Assembly: GCA_964016885.1 (NCBI GenBank)
Contig: OZ024740.1
Location: 197,408,001-197,472,000, forward strand
DNA from: Eledone cirrhosa
Taxonomy: Eukaryota
Length of the DNA: 64,000 nucleotides
Direction of reading: 5' to 3'
A program made the translations under genes and the position numbers. How positions within the stretch are numbered: position 1 is the stretch's first letter; each line of letters begins with the position of its first letter. Below the pieces are notes generated by a model. The model saw only the letters and a program-made list of their open reading frames with translations, was not told the origin of the DNA and did not search any database. Below are positions 37,373 through 50,265 of this stretch, piece by piece.

Positions 37373-37385
<13 letters not shown>

Positions 37386-37502
37386 GTTATTAATGTATGT
37401 GTGTGTGTGTGTATGTATGTGTGTATGTATATATGTATGTATGTATATATATATATATATATATTTCTTTTTTTTATTTATTTATTTATTATTATTATTA
37501 TT
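37373..37502 (+). repeat. left copy of a perfect direct repeat of up to 130 bp (candidate TSD)
   Basis: Identical to 41356-41485, including microsatellite run lengths. Confidence 0.85.
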
Positions 37503-40500
37503 GTTATTGTTATTCCTTGAATCTCAGTCATTGATGTTGGTTAACTGGAAAGTCCGTTGGATTGAATATCAAGCCACTACCTGCAGCCTCAGATATTCAG
37601 GACGTATCGGAGGGTTCTTGCCGTTCCAAGCAAGCATGCCTTTTGAAGCGTTCCAAAAAGCGTGAAGGGGCCGATTTTCTTTAACCATCCCTGGAAACCT
37701 TTGGAGATAGTCCCCAGTGCGCCTATGACAATCGGGATCACTTTGACTTCATGGCAGTTCCAAATCCTTTTCACCTCCCACTTTAGGTCCTGGTATCGGT
37801 TAATTTTCTCCCTCTCCTTCTCTTGCACTCTCGTGTCGAACGGGCAGGCCACATCCACAATCAGGCACGATCTTTTTTCTTTGTCCACAACCACCAGGTC
37901 AGGTCTATTGTGTTCCAGTTTTTTGTCCGTCTGTATCCTAAAATCCCACAGCACCTTCACCTGACTGTTCTCCATCACCGCCTCTGGCCTATGCTCATAC
38001 CATTTCTCAGAATGTGGTAGATTGTTTACTTTGCACAGGTGCCAGTGGATCACCCTGCCCATCACATCGTGTCTCCAGCCCTTATAGTGGGTCTGGGCTA
38101 GGTGTTTACACTCGGACACAATGTGAGCCACAGTCTCCTCTCTCTCTCCACAGATCCTGCACAGTGGGCTAGCCTCCTCCTTGTAGATATGGTGCTTCAA
38201 CCACTTCGTTTTGAGGGCCTGCTCCTGCGCAGCCATTAGCATTCCTTCTGTAGCCTTTTTGAGGTCTCCTCTTCTCAACCAGTTCCATGTCTGTGGATCT
38301 CTAAATTCAGTTTTCTCAAAGAAGGTACTATGAAGGGATTTTCCCTTAAGGCTGCTCTTCCTCCTTGATGTTATTTCCTCCTTGGGTATCCCCTGGCCTA
38401 CTGTCCCCTCCTTCAGTACAGCTCTGAGCATTGGCTCCTTACTATAGGTCACGTATTTGTATAGGTTGTTTTTCTCCATCTGAACACAGTCCTCTATGCT
38501 GATAAGACCTCTTCCACCCTCAGATCTCCTTAGGTAGAGTCTATCGACATCACTCCTCTTGTGGAACATGTTGTAGATAGTCAATAGCTTCCTAGTCTTC
38601 CTATCCATTTCTTTTTGTTCAGCAACATTCCATCTCAGAATTCCCGCACTGTACCTAATAATAGACACAGCTCGGGAATTTACTGCGCTTATGGCATTTC
38701 TGCTGTTCAGATGTGACTTCAATACGCTCCTTACTCTCCGAATGTATTCAGTTCTTAACAATTCCTTCATTTTTTTGTTCTTTATGCCATCAGCCTCCAG
38801 AACGCCCAAATACTTGTATCCTTCCTCAGAGTCAATTTCCTTTATCATCTCACCTGTTGGTATCTGGATCCCGTTACTTCTGCTCAACCTACCCCTCCTC
38901 ATCACAATGACTCCACATTTACCAATACCAAACTGCATACATATATCACTGCTGAAAATACGGACAGTGTCAACAAGCACATCCAACTCCTTCTCACTTT
39001 TCCCGAAGAGCTTAAGATCGTCCATGAAGAGGAGGTGATTGATGGTAAGCTCTCCCCTTCCCAACTTGTATCCTGCTCTCACTTTTCGCAGCATAATGGT
39101 CAAGGGCATCAGGGCAAGGACAAACAACAGAGGGGACAGGCTATCTCCCTGGAAGATACCTCTCTTGATCTTCACGCTTCCCAAGGATACTCCAGTTGAT
39201 GTCAACTCTGTCTCCCAGGACCCCATACTCCTGCCCAGCAACTGTCTGATGTTATCTGCCACCCTGAAGATCTCCAGGCTTTTGGTGATCCAGGAATGAG
39301 GCACCATGTCAAATGCCTTTCTGTAGTCTATCCATCCCATGGCAAGATCAGTGTGTCTCCTCCTGCAATTCCCCATTACCATCTTATCAATAAGCAACTG
39401 GTCCTTTGTACCACGTGACTTCTTTCGGCATCCTTTCTGTTCGTCCGGCAACAAGTTGTTTGTGTGGAGGTGATGGTAGATTTCCTCAGACACAATGCTC
39501 GTCAACAGTTTCCACATTACGGGCAGACATGTGATAGGTCTATAGTTGGTAACATCATTACCCTTGATTCGGTCTTTCATTATCAGAACTGTGGTACCTT
39601 TTGTCAACCACTCTGGCACCTCACCCGACACCAAACAGTCATTGAACATGGCCGTCAGCTTCGGGTGGAGGGATGTTAAATGTTTAATCCAATACCCCTG
39701 CACACCATCTGGGCCTGGTGATTTCCAGTTGGTTAGTTTTTTGGCTTGCCCCTTAAGAGTTTCAACTGTGATACTCAAATCAGTCTGTTGCTGTGCCTGC
39801 TCACCGATCTCCCTCTGTACTGTCTCAATCCACCCTGCCTGGGCATTGTGTCTAACACCCTGCTCCCATATTCCTCTCCAGAATGTTTTAGCTTGTTCCG
39901 CCCCAGGGATCAAGTCGGTGCCTCTTTCTTTCCCCTCAAGCTGTCCAAACAGCATCTTCTGGTTGTTGTCGAACATGCGGTTCTGTTTATACTGACTGAC
40001 TCTGTTCTCGTATCGCCTGATTTTGGCACTCTTTGCTACAATGCGTTGCTTCAATTCCTCTATGATAATGTTTAGCTTTTTACTCCTAGTTTTGTATTTT
40101 ATTTCCAGTCTATTTTTAGTGCCTATGTTTTTTAGTGTCCCATTCAGTAGTGACTCAAGCTTTCCTATGTCATTTCTCATTTCCCCGATTTGCCCACTCA
40201 GTCGCTTCTTCCACCACGGCTCTGCTCTTTCTTGTCTGTTGTTTCCTCTCGCTTTTATACCAAGTAGTTTCCTCACCGTATTTGCTGTTGCTTTGAGGAT
40301 ATTGTTGCACTGGTGAAGACTCCTCGCCTCAAGGTATGGGATGACTTTGTTTACCTTAGCTGTTATTTCTTTTAACTTTTTCCTGTCTACAAATCTTAGG
40401 TTCATAGGTCTCCCACTATCATTGTTCAACTCATCTACCACTAAATTTAGGATGTCAACCGAATCTTGTCCTAGCCCGTCAGCATTCATCTCCTCAGTGG

Positions 40501-41355
40501 CCGTATCTCTGTTCCAGGTATTATTTATCTCAGTATTCAGATCATTGTCTGCTTCGGGTGGTTCCTCCGCTCTCAGGACCTCCTCACCTTCATTTCCCGC
40601 CGGCTCGCTTGTCTGGCATACTACACCCGCCATCTCCAAGCCATTCTCTCTGCTCAGTTCCTCCAGTTCCAGCTCGCTTATCCACCCATTAGTTCTTATT
40701 ACCCGAGCCTGCCCGGCCAATTTTTGTTCATCTAATTTAAATAAACCAATCTCGTTCCAGATGTTATGCATCCGTCTCCTGTAGCCCCTCTCCTTGGGGT
40801 TACTTTTCAGGTAGCATTGCATAACAGTTCTATTCAATTCTTTCGTCCAGTTGGTTCTGGCCCCTTTCCTTCTTCTTCTTCCTCCAACATCAGCAGTATT
40901 TCGTTGACAGTCAGGTTCCTGCTGCTGAGCCAGGGGGCACCTGTTGGGTGAGAGTCTGTCACATGACGTTCTAGTCTCCATTTCACCGTTATTCGAACTG
41001 TTTATGTTCGATATTTAAACACTCTTATCGAGGATTGGCGAATGTATGTTTACATAGCCATCTGTGGATCCGCCATCCCACTTGGCCCTTGTGTGGCATT
41101 ATCACCACGCTGTATACGGACACACATAAACAAACAAACACACGGGCAGAAAGGGCCCCAAAAATGAATAAGCATAAGTTTCATTGTAATGTAGTATTCG
41201 AATGTCTGACTTAGTTTTTGTTTTTTAAGTTTTACTTTTTCCCCCCTCTTCTCTGTCCGTCCGCCTGCTTCTCTCTTCATTCTTATTTTCTTTACGTTTT
41301 TGGGGTTTCTTTTTTTGTTTTTGTTTTTCTCTGTTTTTCTCGTTTTTTACTGTTG
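37503..41355 (-). mobile_element. full-length R4/Dong-type retrotransposon in (TAA)n
   Basis: Single intact ORF; 3' end abuts TAA repeats; flanked by the direct repeat. Confidence 0.9.
37589..40981 (-). CDS. R4/Dong ORF: N-terminal domain, RT, CCHC, PD-(D/E)xK restriction-like endonuclease (1130 aa)
   Basis: WKSPGPDG, YRPITCL, DYRKAFD, FQGDSLSP, FMDD, YLG, CRIC..HIVSEC, RHD, RPDLVV..DVAC. Confidence 0.97.
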   Translation of the reverse strand: METRTSCDRLSPNRCPLAQQQEPDCQRNTADVGGRRRRKGARTNWTKELNRTVMQCYLKSNPKERGYRRRMHNIWNEIGLFKLDEQKLAGQARVIRTNGWISELELEELSRENGLEMAGVVCQTSEPAGNEGEEVLRAEEPPEADNDLNTEINNTWNRDTATEEMNADGLGQDSVDILNLVVDELNNDSGRPMNLRFVDRKKLKEITAKVNKVIPYLEARSLHQCNNILKATANTVRKLLGIKARGNNRQERAEPWWKKRLSGQIGEMRNDIGKLESLLNGTLKNIGTKNRLEIKYKTRSKKLNIIIEELKQRIVAKSAKIRRYENRVSQYKQNRMFDNNQKMLFGQLEGKERGTDLIPGAEQAKTFWRGIWEQGVRHNAQAGWIETVQREIGEQAQQQTDLSITVETLKGQAKKLTNWKSPGPDGVQGYWIKHLTSLHPKLTAMFNDCLVSGEVPEWLTKGTTVLIMKDRIKGNDVTNYRPITCLPVMWKLLTSIVSEEIYHHLHTNNLLPDEQKGCRKKSRGTKDQLLIDKMVMGNCRRRHTDLAMGWIDYRKAFDMVPHSWITKSLEIFRVADNIRQLLGRSMGSWETELTSTGVSLGSVKIKRGIFQGDSLSPLLFVLALMPLTIMLRKVRAGYKLGRGELTINHLLFMDDLKLFGKSEKELDVLVDTVRIFSSDICMQFGIGKCGVIVMRRGRLSRSNGIQIPTGEMIKEIDSEEGYKYLGVLEADGIKNKKMKELLRTEYIRRVRSVLKSHLNSRNAISAVNSRAVSIIRYSAGILRWNVAEQKEMDRKTRKLLTIYNMFHKRSDVDRLYLRRSEGGRGLISIEDCVQMEKNNLYKYVTYSKEPMLRAVLKEGTVGQGIPKEEITSRRKSSLKGKSLHSTFFEKTEFRDPQTWNWLRRGDLKKATEGMLMAAQEQALKTKWLKHHIYKEEASPLCRICGEREETVAHIVSECKHLAQTHYKGWRHDVMGRVIHWHLCKVNNLPHSEKWYEHRPEAVMENSQVKVLWDFRIQTDKKLEHNRPDLVVVDKEKRSCLIVDVACPFDTRVQEKEREKINRYQDLKWEVKRIWNCHEVKVIPIVIGALGTISKGFQGWLKKIGPFTLFGTLQKACLLGTARTLRYVLNI

Positions 41356-41461
41356 TATTATTATTATTGTTATTAATGTATGTGTGTGTGTGTGTATGTA
41401 TGTGTGTATGTATATATGTATGTATGTATATATATATATATATATATTTCTTTTTTTTATT

Positions 41462-41485
<24 letters not shown>
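41356..41485 (+). repeat. right copy of the direct repeat
   Basis: Offset 3983 from 37373-37502. Confidence 0.85.
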
Positions 41486-41515
<30 letters not shown>

Positions 41516-41574
41516 TTATTTTATTTTATTTTTTTAAAATTTATTTTTTCTTTTTTTCTTTTTTTTTTCTTCTC

Positions 41575-41672
41575 GTGCAATGGCCATACTCGATAACGAG
41601 GGGGCAGCCAGCATGTATGTATGTATGTATGTATGTATGTATGTATGTATGTATGTATGTATGTATGTATGT
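41575..41672 (+). mobile_element. RTE 3'-terminal stem-loop and (ATGT)n tail, probably belonging to the 27.2-kb RTE
   Basis: GGCCATACTCG ataa CGAG GGGGCAGCCAGC(ATGT)n parallels the RS1 3' end. Confidence 0.65.
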
Positions 41673-41673
41673 A

Positions 41674-42047
41674 TTCTAGGAGAAGGAAAACTCTGATATA
41701 ACACCTGCAACCCTGATGGTATCCAATGATGTTGACTTGTTCTTCTTTTTGGTAAATATCATCTTGGTTAAGAGAGTGGGACTGGCTTTGTGCAGTGCCT
41801 TTACTCACTATAAAAGCTTCACGGCACAGGCATTGCTTTATATCTGGAGATCTCTCTGCACTTGTCGTCACATGGTACCATGGGCCTAGCACTATGTGTC
41901 AATAATTGTCACAAGTGTAGTGTTTGTACCAGAGTTTTCAAGTCGCTGGCAGGACTAAAAAGTCACACTCGTTCAGCGCATCGGTAGGGGTTCTCCTACA
42001 TGGATATAAAGTAGTGGCCGTACTCGAAAACGAGTTGGCAGCCACCA
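41674..42047 (+). mobile_element. 5'-truncated RS1
   Basis: Matches 5649-6013. Confidence 0.85.
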
Positions 42048-42130
42048 TGTATGTATGTATGTATGCATGTTCTGGTTTTATTGTTGTTTTATTAATTTCT
42101 CACGCCCCTAAAAAAGAGACAGTGAGAGAG

Positions 42131-42282
<152 letters not shown>

Positions 42283-43413
42283 CGATTCCTATCACAGAGA
42301 CAATTTAGATACCAGCAACGTAATTTTATGTATGTATATCTGTATGTGTTTTTGTGAATGTATGTGCAGATATGAATGCCATTTCAAGTGCGAATCTATA
42401 TATTTATATGTTATATGAGTTATATGAGTTATATGAGTTATATGTGCACATTTAAATATGTTTCTGTATCTATGCGTGTGTATATGCAGTTATTACATGC
42501 TGAATTTTTGGAATGGTATGTTGTCTGGATTGAAGTTAAATATCTACTTCCCTATTTACAATGCCGGTTAGAATTTTTCGGGCTTTAACGTCAATAACTC
42601 AGATTTCATCAAGCGTCCAGTCAAGTAATCCAATTGTTGGTGTCAGCACAGGTACAGCAAGCACATCGTGGGCCATTGATTTATTGCACGCAGAGAGTTT
42701 CAAAGCCATGTTTTTCTTATCCGGGTGTTATATTCCATAGTAACTCGTTCTTTGTCACAAATTCCATAATTGGTTATTTTTCTATCTATCCCTAAGTGTC
42801 TGTAGCAGTCCTCGTTAGATACCGGCGAATATATTGCTAGACAGGGTAACAGTTTACCCCATTTTAAATTCATATAGGAACATTTATCCTGACCAAATTT
42901 CATTCCTATGTCTTTCGAAAATGAAACCAGGTCAAGGTTTTTTTTCATATTCTTGACTTAGAGTTTCAGGCCATCCACAAAGACGCCGTGTATTAGGTTA
43001 TTGTTTCTGGCCTCCTGGGAGCTAAATACGTATCCTTCATACTTCCTCGGCATAAAGGACATGGGTTTACTGACAGTATAAATATCATTACAAAGAGACT
43101 CTCATTGAAATATACTCCATACGATGATTATTTTATTAGTGACAATATAGTCCTTCCTCGTATTTAACTTCAGTATAGTGGCCCATGACGAAGATAACAT
43201 TTTTATGGCTCTTGTGGTATTTGGGACTTTCGCAAGTCGAAGGGCTTCTAGCATCAAAGAGTGGAGAAGATTCGAAGGCTTTCTTGCATTCCATCGAAAC
43301 TGTAACAAAGTTCCTTCTGTGTTGTCTCATCTCTGACATCACAGATTTGTCAATTAGGAGTTGCTCACCCCAGCCAACTGCTTTCTTCCCAGCTGCTTGC
43401 TCATCTGTGATGA

Positions 43414-43565
43414 TACAGAGGGTACTTGCAGAAACATGACAACAACATACATAGGTGAGACAGCTCGTAGCATAGGTGAAAGGATAGACCAACACTGGGG
43501 GGAACTAAAAGGACGAAAAAACGGGTCAGTACTATACGAACATGCTAGACAACAACATGACGGTA
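43414..43565 (+). pseudogene. Penelope-like GIY-YIG endonuclease fragment
   Basis: TYIGETARSIGERIDQHWGELKGRKNGSVLYEHARQQH (YIGET..R...R..(E/Q)H...S.L..H....H pattern). Confidence 0.7.
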
Positions 43566-43566
43566 A

Positions 43567-43746
43567 CGGCAGTATCGGTAGAGGGTCGGACGCCATGCTT
43601 TCCAGCATAGTTACGTCCCTTTACGATCTGAGTTCAAATCCCGCCGAGGTTGACTTTGCCTTTCATCCTTACGGGGTCGATAAAATAAAGTACCAGTAAT
43701 GCACTGGATAATTGCTGGCCTTGTGCCTAAAGTAGAAACAATTATT
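43567..43746 (+). mobile_element. SINE S1
   Basis: Reverse complement of 28-220. Confidence 0.85.
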
Positions 43747-45209
43747 GTCACAGTGATCAAGGAAGAATAAGTTTAGACAGGCTGTATACATTTTATACAT
43801 TAGGTTCTGGCAAGCAATCGGTCGGTTGTTTTTTTTTACCAAGTGAGATTCCTTGCTTTGGGGAGCAATCTTGTCTTTGTCAATGTCAAGTAGTATATCT
43901 CCTTTGAGAGCTTGCTGGTAGAGGTTGATAAGATACTTCTGACAGAAAGTTAATTTCTTGTACCAATAACCGACAATTAAGTCTTTTTCTGGTTCCTTCT
44001 TATTTCGAAGTTTTCATATAACATTTTCGAGGGTATTACCATTGATACTGTATAATTATGGTGTAATCCTTCTGATTTCTTTCAATCATACCGTATTTTG
44101 GTTAAACATCTTTTTCTCATCGCACGTTTCTCTCTAGAATGAATTTGTATCTTTCTGCGACAGAACTTTAATAACATTTATTGATTCGCCCTTCATATCT
44201 CAATAAACTGATGATTGGTTTAGACAGAATTTTTTTATTAACCAATTTTTTTTATCAACTACACTCTTGTACCGAAGTCTCTTACTGAGAGCTTTTAACT
44301 CTTATTTGAGAGTGATCAATTTGTATGTATGAGTTCTTTTTTACTCTCTCCAATCATCGATTCTATTCTATTTTCACTTTATGTTGGTGAGGTATGTAGC
44401 TTTGTTTTTGTTTATACGTGATAAGCATTGCCACATGGCCGATAGTTTTTCGTAGATCAACGATTTTTTTTCTAATACACGTTGGCACTTTTGTGTTGCT
44501 TTGTCTTTGTTTATATCTTCAGTAACCCTAAAATAATACTTTGCAATAGTAGCTAGGAGATATCGACACACGTTAATTTGCCAAAATGTAGGGGCATTAA
44601 TCGATTGCAAATATTTAACTTCGAATCTCTACGATTTTGAATTAAATGCGTTTTCACTGAATGTGATCAGAAGAATATCCAGTAATTTAACAAGGCTGCC
44701 AGTTGTGGCATTATTGTTAGAGATATTATTTATCTTAAATTTAATGAATACCTATAAAATATATATCGATAATGTTTCTCAGTACAAAGCCCAATAAACG
44801 TATGTCCAGAGCATCTATAATATAAGTATAAACGATATAGAACTTGATATATCAATTGAGAAACAAACTAATATTTTGTACACACATATATATAGAACAA
44901 ATAATGTGTAAATTTAAATACAGACTTAAATACATACTCCTCTACTTTAACACTTAGGAGTATGTTAATTTTCCATATTATTTGTTCTATATATATGTAC
45001 CAAATACGTGTTTGTTTCTCAATTGATATATCCAGTTAGAAATCTTTTATACTTACACACACACATATATATGTGTGTGTGTTATCTGTGCATATTGTAT
45101 ATATGTTTGTATGCATGCATGTATGTGTGTGTATGTGTGTATGTGTGTTTGTGTGTGTGTGTGTGGAATCGTAGGGGCATCTTCGCAACATTTAATATAT
45201 ATATACAAT

Positions 45210-45640
45210 ATATATATACAATATATATATATACAATATATATATACAATATATATATACAATATATATCGTAATATAGATACATATATATTATAATATA
45301 CATAATATATATGTATATATTACAATATATATGTATGTATATTACTATGCCTGTATCTATATTACAATATATCTGTATGTATATTACAATATATATGTAT
45401 ATATGTATTACAATATATATGTATGTATATTACAATATATTTGTATGTCTATTGCAATGTCTGTATCTATATTACAATATATCTGTATGTATATTACAAT
45501 ATATATGTATGTATATTACAATATATACGTATGTATATTACAATATATATGTATGTATATTACAATATATATGTATGTATATTACAATATATATGTATGT
45601 ATATTACAATATATATGTATGTATATTACAATGTACGTGT
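45210..45640. repeat. 22-bp minisatellite (TATTACAATATATATGTATGTA)n
   Basis: Seen directly; related units recur at ~50175-50265 and ~50780-50900. Confidence 0.9.
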
Positions 45641-45642
45641 AT

Positions 45643-45894
45643 GTCAGGTCACTCTAAGAGTGCTACTGGTAACATGTAACCCAGTACAACCTGTCGATTG
45701 GTCAGGTCATCGGCGACAAAACCGGCAACTCCACCAAGTTCACTTAGTGAGGAGGGTGTTTTGGACACCCTGCAGGACAAAAAACAAAACCTGACAAAGG
45801 GTGGAAGAACTCATAAGAGTCAACGGCCATCCAAAAATGTGTAAATATGTATATACTGGGTGTGGGTGTGTGTAGTATTGATTGCGCGTTTGTC

Positions 45895-45947
<53 letters not shown>

Positions 45948-48900
45948 GTATATATTTGATAAAAAAACAACAACCTTTTAAACCCTTTTAAAACTTTTAG
46001 AAACCTTTTAAAAATCTTTCTTCTTTTTTTTTGACTTTCAAATTGGATCGAGTCCCTGGTCTACATTTATGAAAAAGTCAGCGAATAATTGAAACTCATT
46101 TCCAGGTGTGGTGGCCTGCAGATGGGTAAAAAGAAAATCCACTGGGAATGAAGGACCCCGAGCTGTTGTTACAGTATCTTTCTAAAAGAGGGAAACTTTG
46201 AAATAAAACCTACGATTGATGTGATTACTGGTCATCTGGCTTAGGTTTGTCACCAGACAATGATCACTAAAACTTAGAGAGTGGTGCTCATGTAGTACAA
46301 GTGTTTGTCACTATAATCCAATGATGTACAGATGTCTCTTTTGTGATCTTCTCATCTGTCATTTTTACAGCTGTAACTCCTATGGTGATGGAGGAGTGGC
46401 AACGTGTGCAGACCTGACCAGTTGGAAGCACATACTTGCAAATCTACACATAGGTGGCAGGGGTCTTATCATAACATCGCTGTTATGTCTTCCTGTAACA
46501 GAGGCAAACTCCGGTGGAGACGCTTGTGTCTAAGCAGCTCTATCAGGGAGAGCACTGCTCACCCAAATTCTTGGGAAGGTGCTAGAAAAGGTGCATTGAA
46601 AATTTCCTGTCACATCAACGTTGGGTAGTTTACTGCGGCTATCGGCAGTTCATTCAAGCAGGAAAAGAAAAAGTGAATTACAAAATAAAAGATTTATGAA
46701 AAATTGAATCAAACTAAATATTTGCTTCTGGAATGCCAGAACCCTTCTGGACCAAAACTCATCGAACCGACCAGAAATAAGAACCGCACTGGTAACAAAG
46801 GAACTCCAAAGATTAAACATAGATATTGCAGCCTTCTCAGAAACACATATATCCGAGTGTGATCACCTGACTGAAGCATTATCAGGTTTCACACTTTTCT
46901 GAGTAGGGAAACCAAAAGGAGAACGGCGAGATGGTGGTGTAGGTTTTGCAGTGCAAGAAACTCTAGCACAACATTTAGAGTGCCCCTCTAGAATCAGTGA
47001 CCGTATAATAAAGTTATACTGTCCACTTTTATGTGGGCGATGTGCAACAATTCTGTCAGTTTATGCTCCAACAAGGCCAGTGAAGAAAGTATGACATTCT
47101 ATGAATCCATTCGTGCTACAATTGCATCTATTCCAGTCGAATAAAACGTGATAATTCTTGGTGATTTCAATGCCCGTGTTGGCAGAGACCATGAGACATG
47201 AGATGCACTAGGCCATTACGGCATCGGTAAGATGAATGCCAATGGTTTGAAGCTACTTGAGCTCTGTTCGGAACTCAACCTAGCAATTTGCAATACATTC
47301 TTCCGCCAAAAGAAGAAGCATAAAGTTACCTGGATACAACCAAGGACAAAAAATGGCCACATGATAGATTTCATAGTAACCCAGAGAGGCGACCTGAATG
47401 ATGTCTGTAATGTGCGCGTCATGCGTAGTGCAGAATCCAACACAGACCATAAGATGGTTCGAGGGAAGTTTAAGTTACGTATTCGGAAAAAAATCTCGTA
47501 TGTGTGGGATCAAAACACTGAAGCGTATTGATGTTGGAAAGTTAAAACAGCAAGAGGTACGTGAGGCTTTGAATAAACGTTTGAATAATATTGATTTCGA
47601 TGGAACGTGGATAAACTCCAGGGATCAATTGTATACAACAGGAGCAGAAGAACTTATATTCAGGGCGAAAAAACAACATAAAGACTGGTTTGATGATAAT
47701 AATCTGGTTATCAGTCAACTATTAAAGAAAAAACATGCTCTTCATGAAAAGCTTCTGGGAGAGTGCTCTACGAATTTAACTGCTATTAAAAAGACATATA
47801 AAGAATATAAAGCCACCTTACAACGTGAGCTGAGAAGGCTTAAAAATAAAGGGTGGTTGAAGATCTCTGAAGATATTCAAAGTCTTGTAGCGCAAAGGAT
47901 TCAAAACTGTTTTATAGTCTTTTGTGTGCAGTATATGGTCCAATAACTTCGTCTATTATTCCCATAAGGTCCAAACACGACACTGCCATCATCAAGGAAT
48001 CAAAGAAAATCATTAAGCGTTGGCAAGAACATTTCACTGATTTATTTGATAATCCATCATCAGTTGATAATTATGTGCTACATGGCACCCCTCCCCCAAT
48101 GTGTTGTAAATTTTAAAATGGATCGATTACCAGATTATAATGAGGTTAAAATGGCCATCAACCAGTTAAACACAGGTAAGGCACCTGGATCAGATGGAAT
48201 CCCTGTGGAATTGTTAAATGTTGGAAATAAGAACATAACACAAACAATACTCCATCTCATCACAGAGTGCTGGGATGGAGCTCCTAAACCACAAGATTGG
48301 ATAGATGGTTTCTTGGTGACTTTGTTTAAAGGTAAAGGGGATAAAGGAATCTGCGATCACTACCGTGGCATGACTTTGTTGGAGTCTGTGGGCAAAGTTC
48401 TTGCTAGATTATTGTTGAACAGATCGATGGAGGACATTTGTCCTACAGTAATCCCTGAATCACAATCTGGCAGAGGGACGGTTGATATGATCTTCTCTGC
48501 AAGGCAGATTCAGGAGAAATGTATTGAGCAGTGGATTCCTCTGTAACAGGTTTTTGTTCATCTGACAAAGGCCTTTGATACGGTGAACAGAGGTGTACCG
48601 AGGTAAATATTCGGGAAAATAGGGTGCCCACCAAAGTTTATTGGTATGTTTGTCCGACTGTACATGAATATGAAGGCTCGGGTTGTCTTAAATAGAGAAT
48701 TGTCCAATAAAATCCCAGTTGATAATGGCATGAAGCAGGGAGATATCCGGGCTCCCACACTGTTTTCAATATTTTTTGCTGTGATGCTACTCATGCATTC
48801 CAGAACTGTGCAAAGGGTGTTCTATTGCAAATTCGAACTACAGGAATGATCTTTAACCTAAGAAGGTTCAATTTCAAATCCAAGATGTTCCAAATATTAA

Positions 48901-50170
48901 TTAGAGAATTCCCGTATACAGACGATGTTGACTTTCTGGCTCACTCTCAAGATGGCATGCAACACATCATGGATTGTTTTGCAGCTTCTTGTAATGTCTT
49001 TGGAATGAAAATTAATCTAAAAAAAGACCAAAGAAATGTTCACCCCATCACCAGGGGAAGCATATATTGAGCCAAATATAATGGTGCATGGAACTAGGTT
49101 GGGTGTAGTTGTCACTTTTGTTTACCTGGGTAGTGCATTATCAAGGGATGGTTCACTGGATGCAGAAATACACCTGCGCATTCAGAAAGCCTCTGTAGCC
49201 TTCGGAAAAGTTAAAAAGAGAGTGTTAGTGCATCATGGCATCAATATCAAGACCAAGATTAATGTGTACAAGGCCTGCATTCTGAATGCTCTGTTGTACT
49301 CTTCGGAGACATGGACAGTACATCGTAGACACCTTAATTTGCTTGAACACTTTAATCAAAAGTGTTTAAGACGAATCCTAAACATCAAATGACAACAAAA
49401 AATACCTGACACACAAATCCTTATAGATGCTGGTTGCTCGAGCATTGAATCTACCATCATATCCTATCATATGCTTTGGGTAGCCCATGTTTTGTGCATG
49501 AATGAGGAAAGACTCCCAAAACAACTATTTTACAGTCAATTGCACACTGGGAAACGCCCCCAGCACAAACCAAGAAAAAGATATAAGGATTGCATAAAAA
49601 CAACCTTAAAGATCTACAGTTTGAAGTTCAGAACTTGGAAGTGCTTGTTTTAAAGAGGGGTAAATGGAGAGGACATGTGAACAAAGGCTGCAGAATTTTT
49701 GAAGAGAGACATCTTGATCATGAAAAACGTAAACATCAGCTTCGAAAAGGCCACAGTATGAACCTCAATAAGAACATAGGGAGATGGAGTTGTGATGTGT
49801 GTGGTCGTTTACTGCTCTCTAAATCTAGGTACGTCACTCATTTAAAATCACATAAAAAGCCAACTGTATGCAGCTCTATCCCTCCAACGCTAGGTGAGAT
49901 AATATGTGTGGTGTGCAAAAAGATCTGCAAATCAATCTCTGGTCTTAAAAGGCATATGAGGGTACATAAGGATGACATCCCACAAATTGACCCAATCAAT
50001 CCAATAGAGGGCACATCTTTTGTCTTTCATATTTGCTACAGACCGTGCAAATCTAATCTGGACTTAAAAGCCACCTAAGGGACCATGGACAGACGTTTGA
50101 AGTTGGTGATGGTTGATGGGGTGCATAGGGAGACGGCAATCATCTGAAAAGATGAAGCAATCACCATGTG
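45643..50170 (+). mobile_element. full-length degenerate RTE element (module 1 leader to 3' stem-loop)
   Basis: Leader modules; WNARTL, GDFNARVG, KAPGSDGIP, MKQGD, YTDD, YLGS; Zn fingers; many stops and frameshifts; flanked by the 22-bp minisatellite. Confidence 0.9.
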
Positions 50171-50265
50171 TAGGTATATTACAATATATGTATATGTATT
50201 ACAATATATATGTATTTATATTTCAATATATATGTATATTACAATATATGTGTATGTACATTACA

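Noticed and set aside
41045-41130. 5' ribozyme in the Dong-like leader
   Set aside because: GC-richer patch, but no HDV or hammerhead topology could be fitted by eye.
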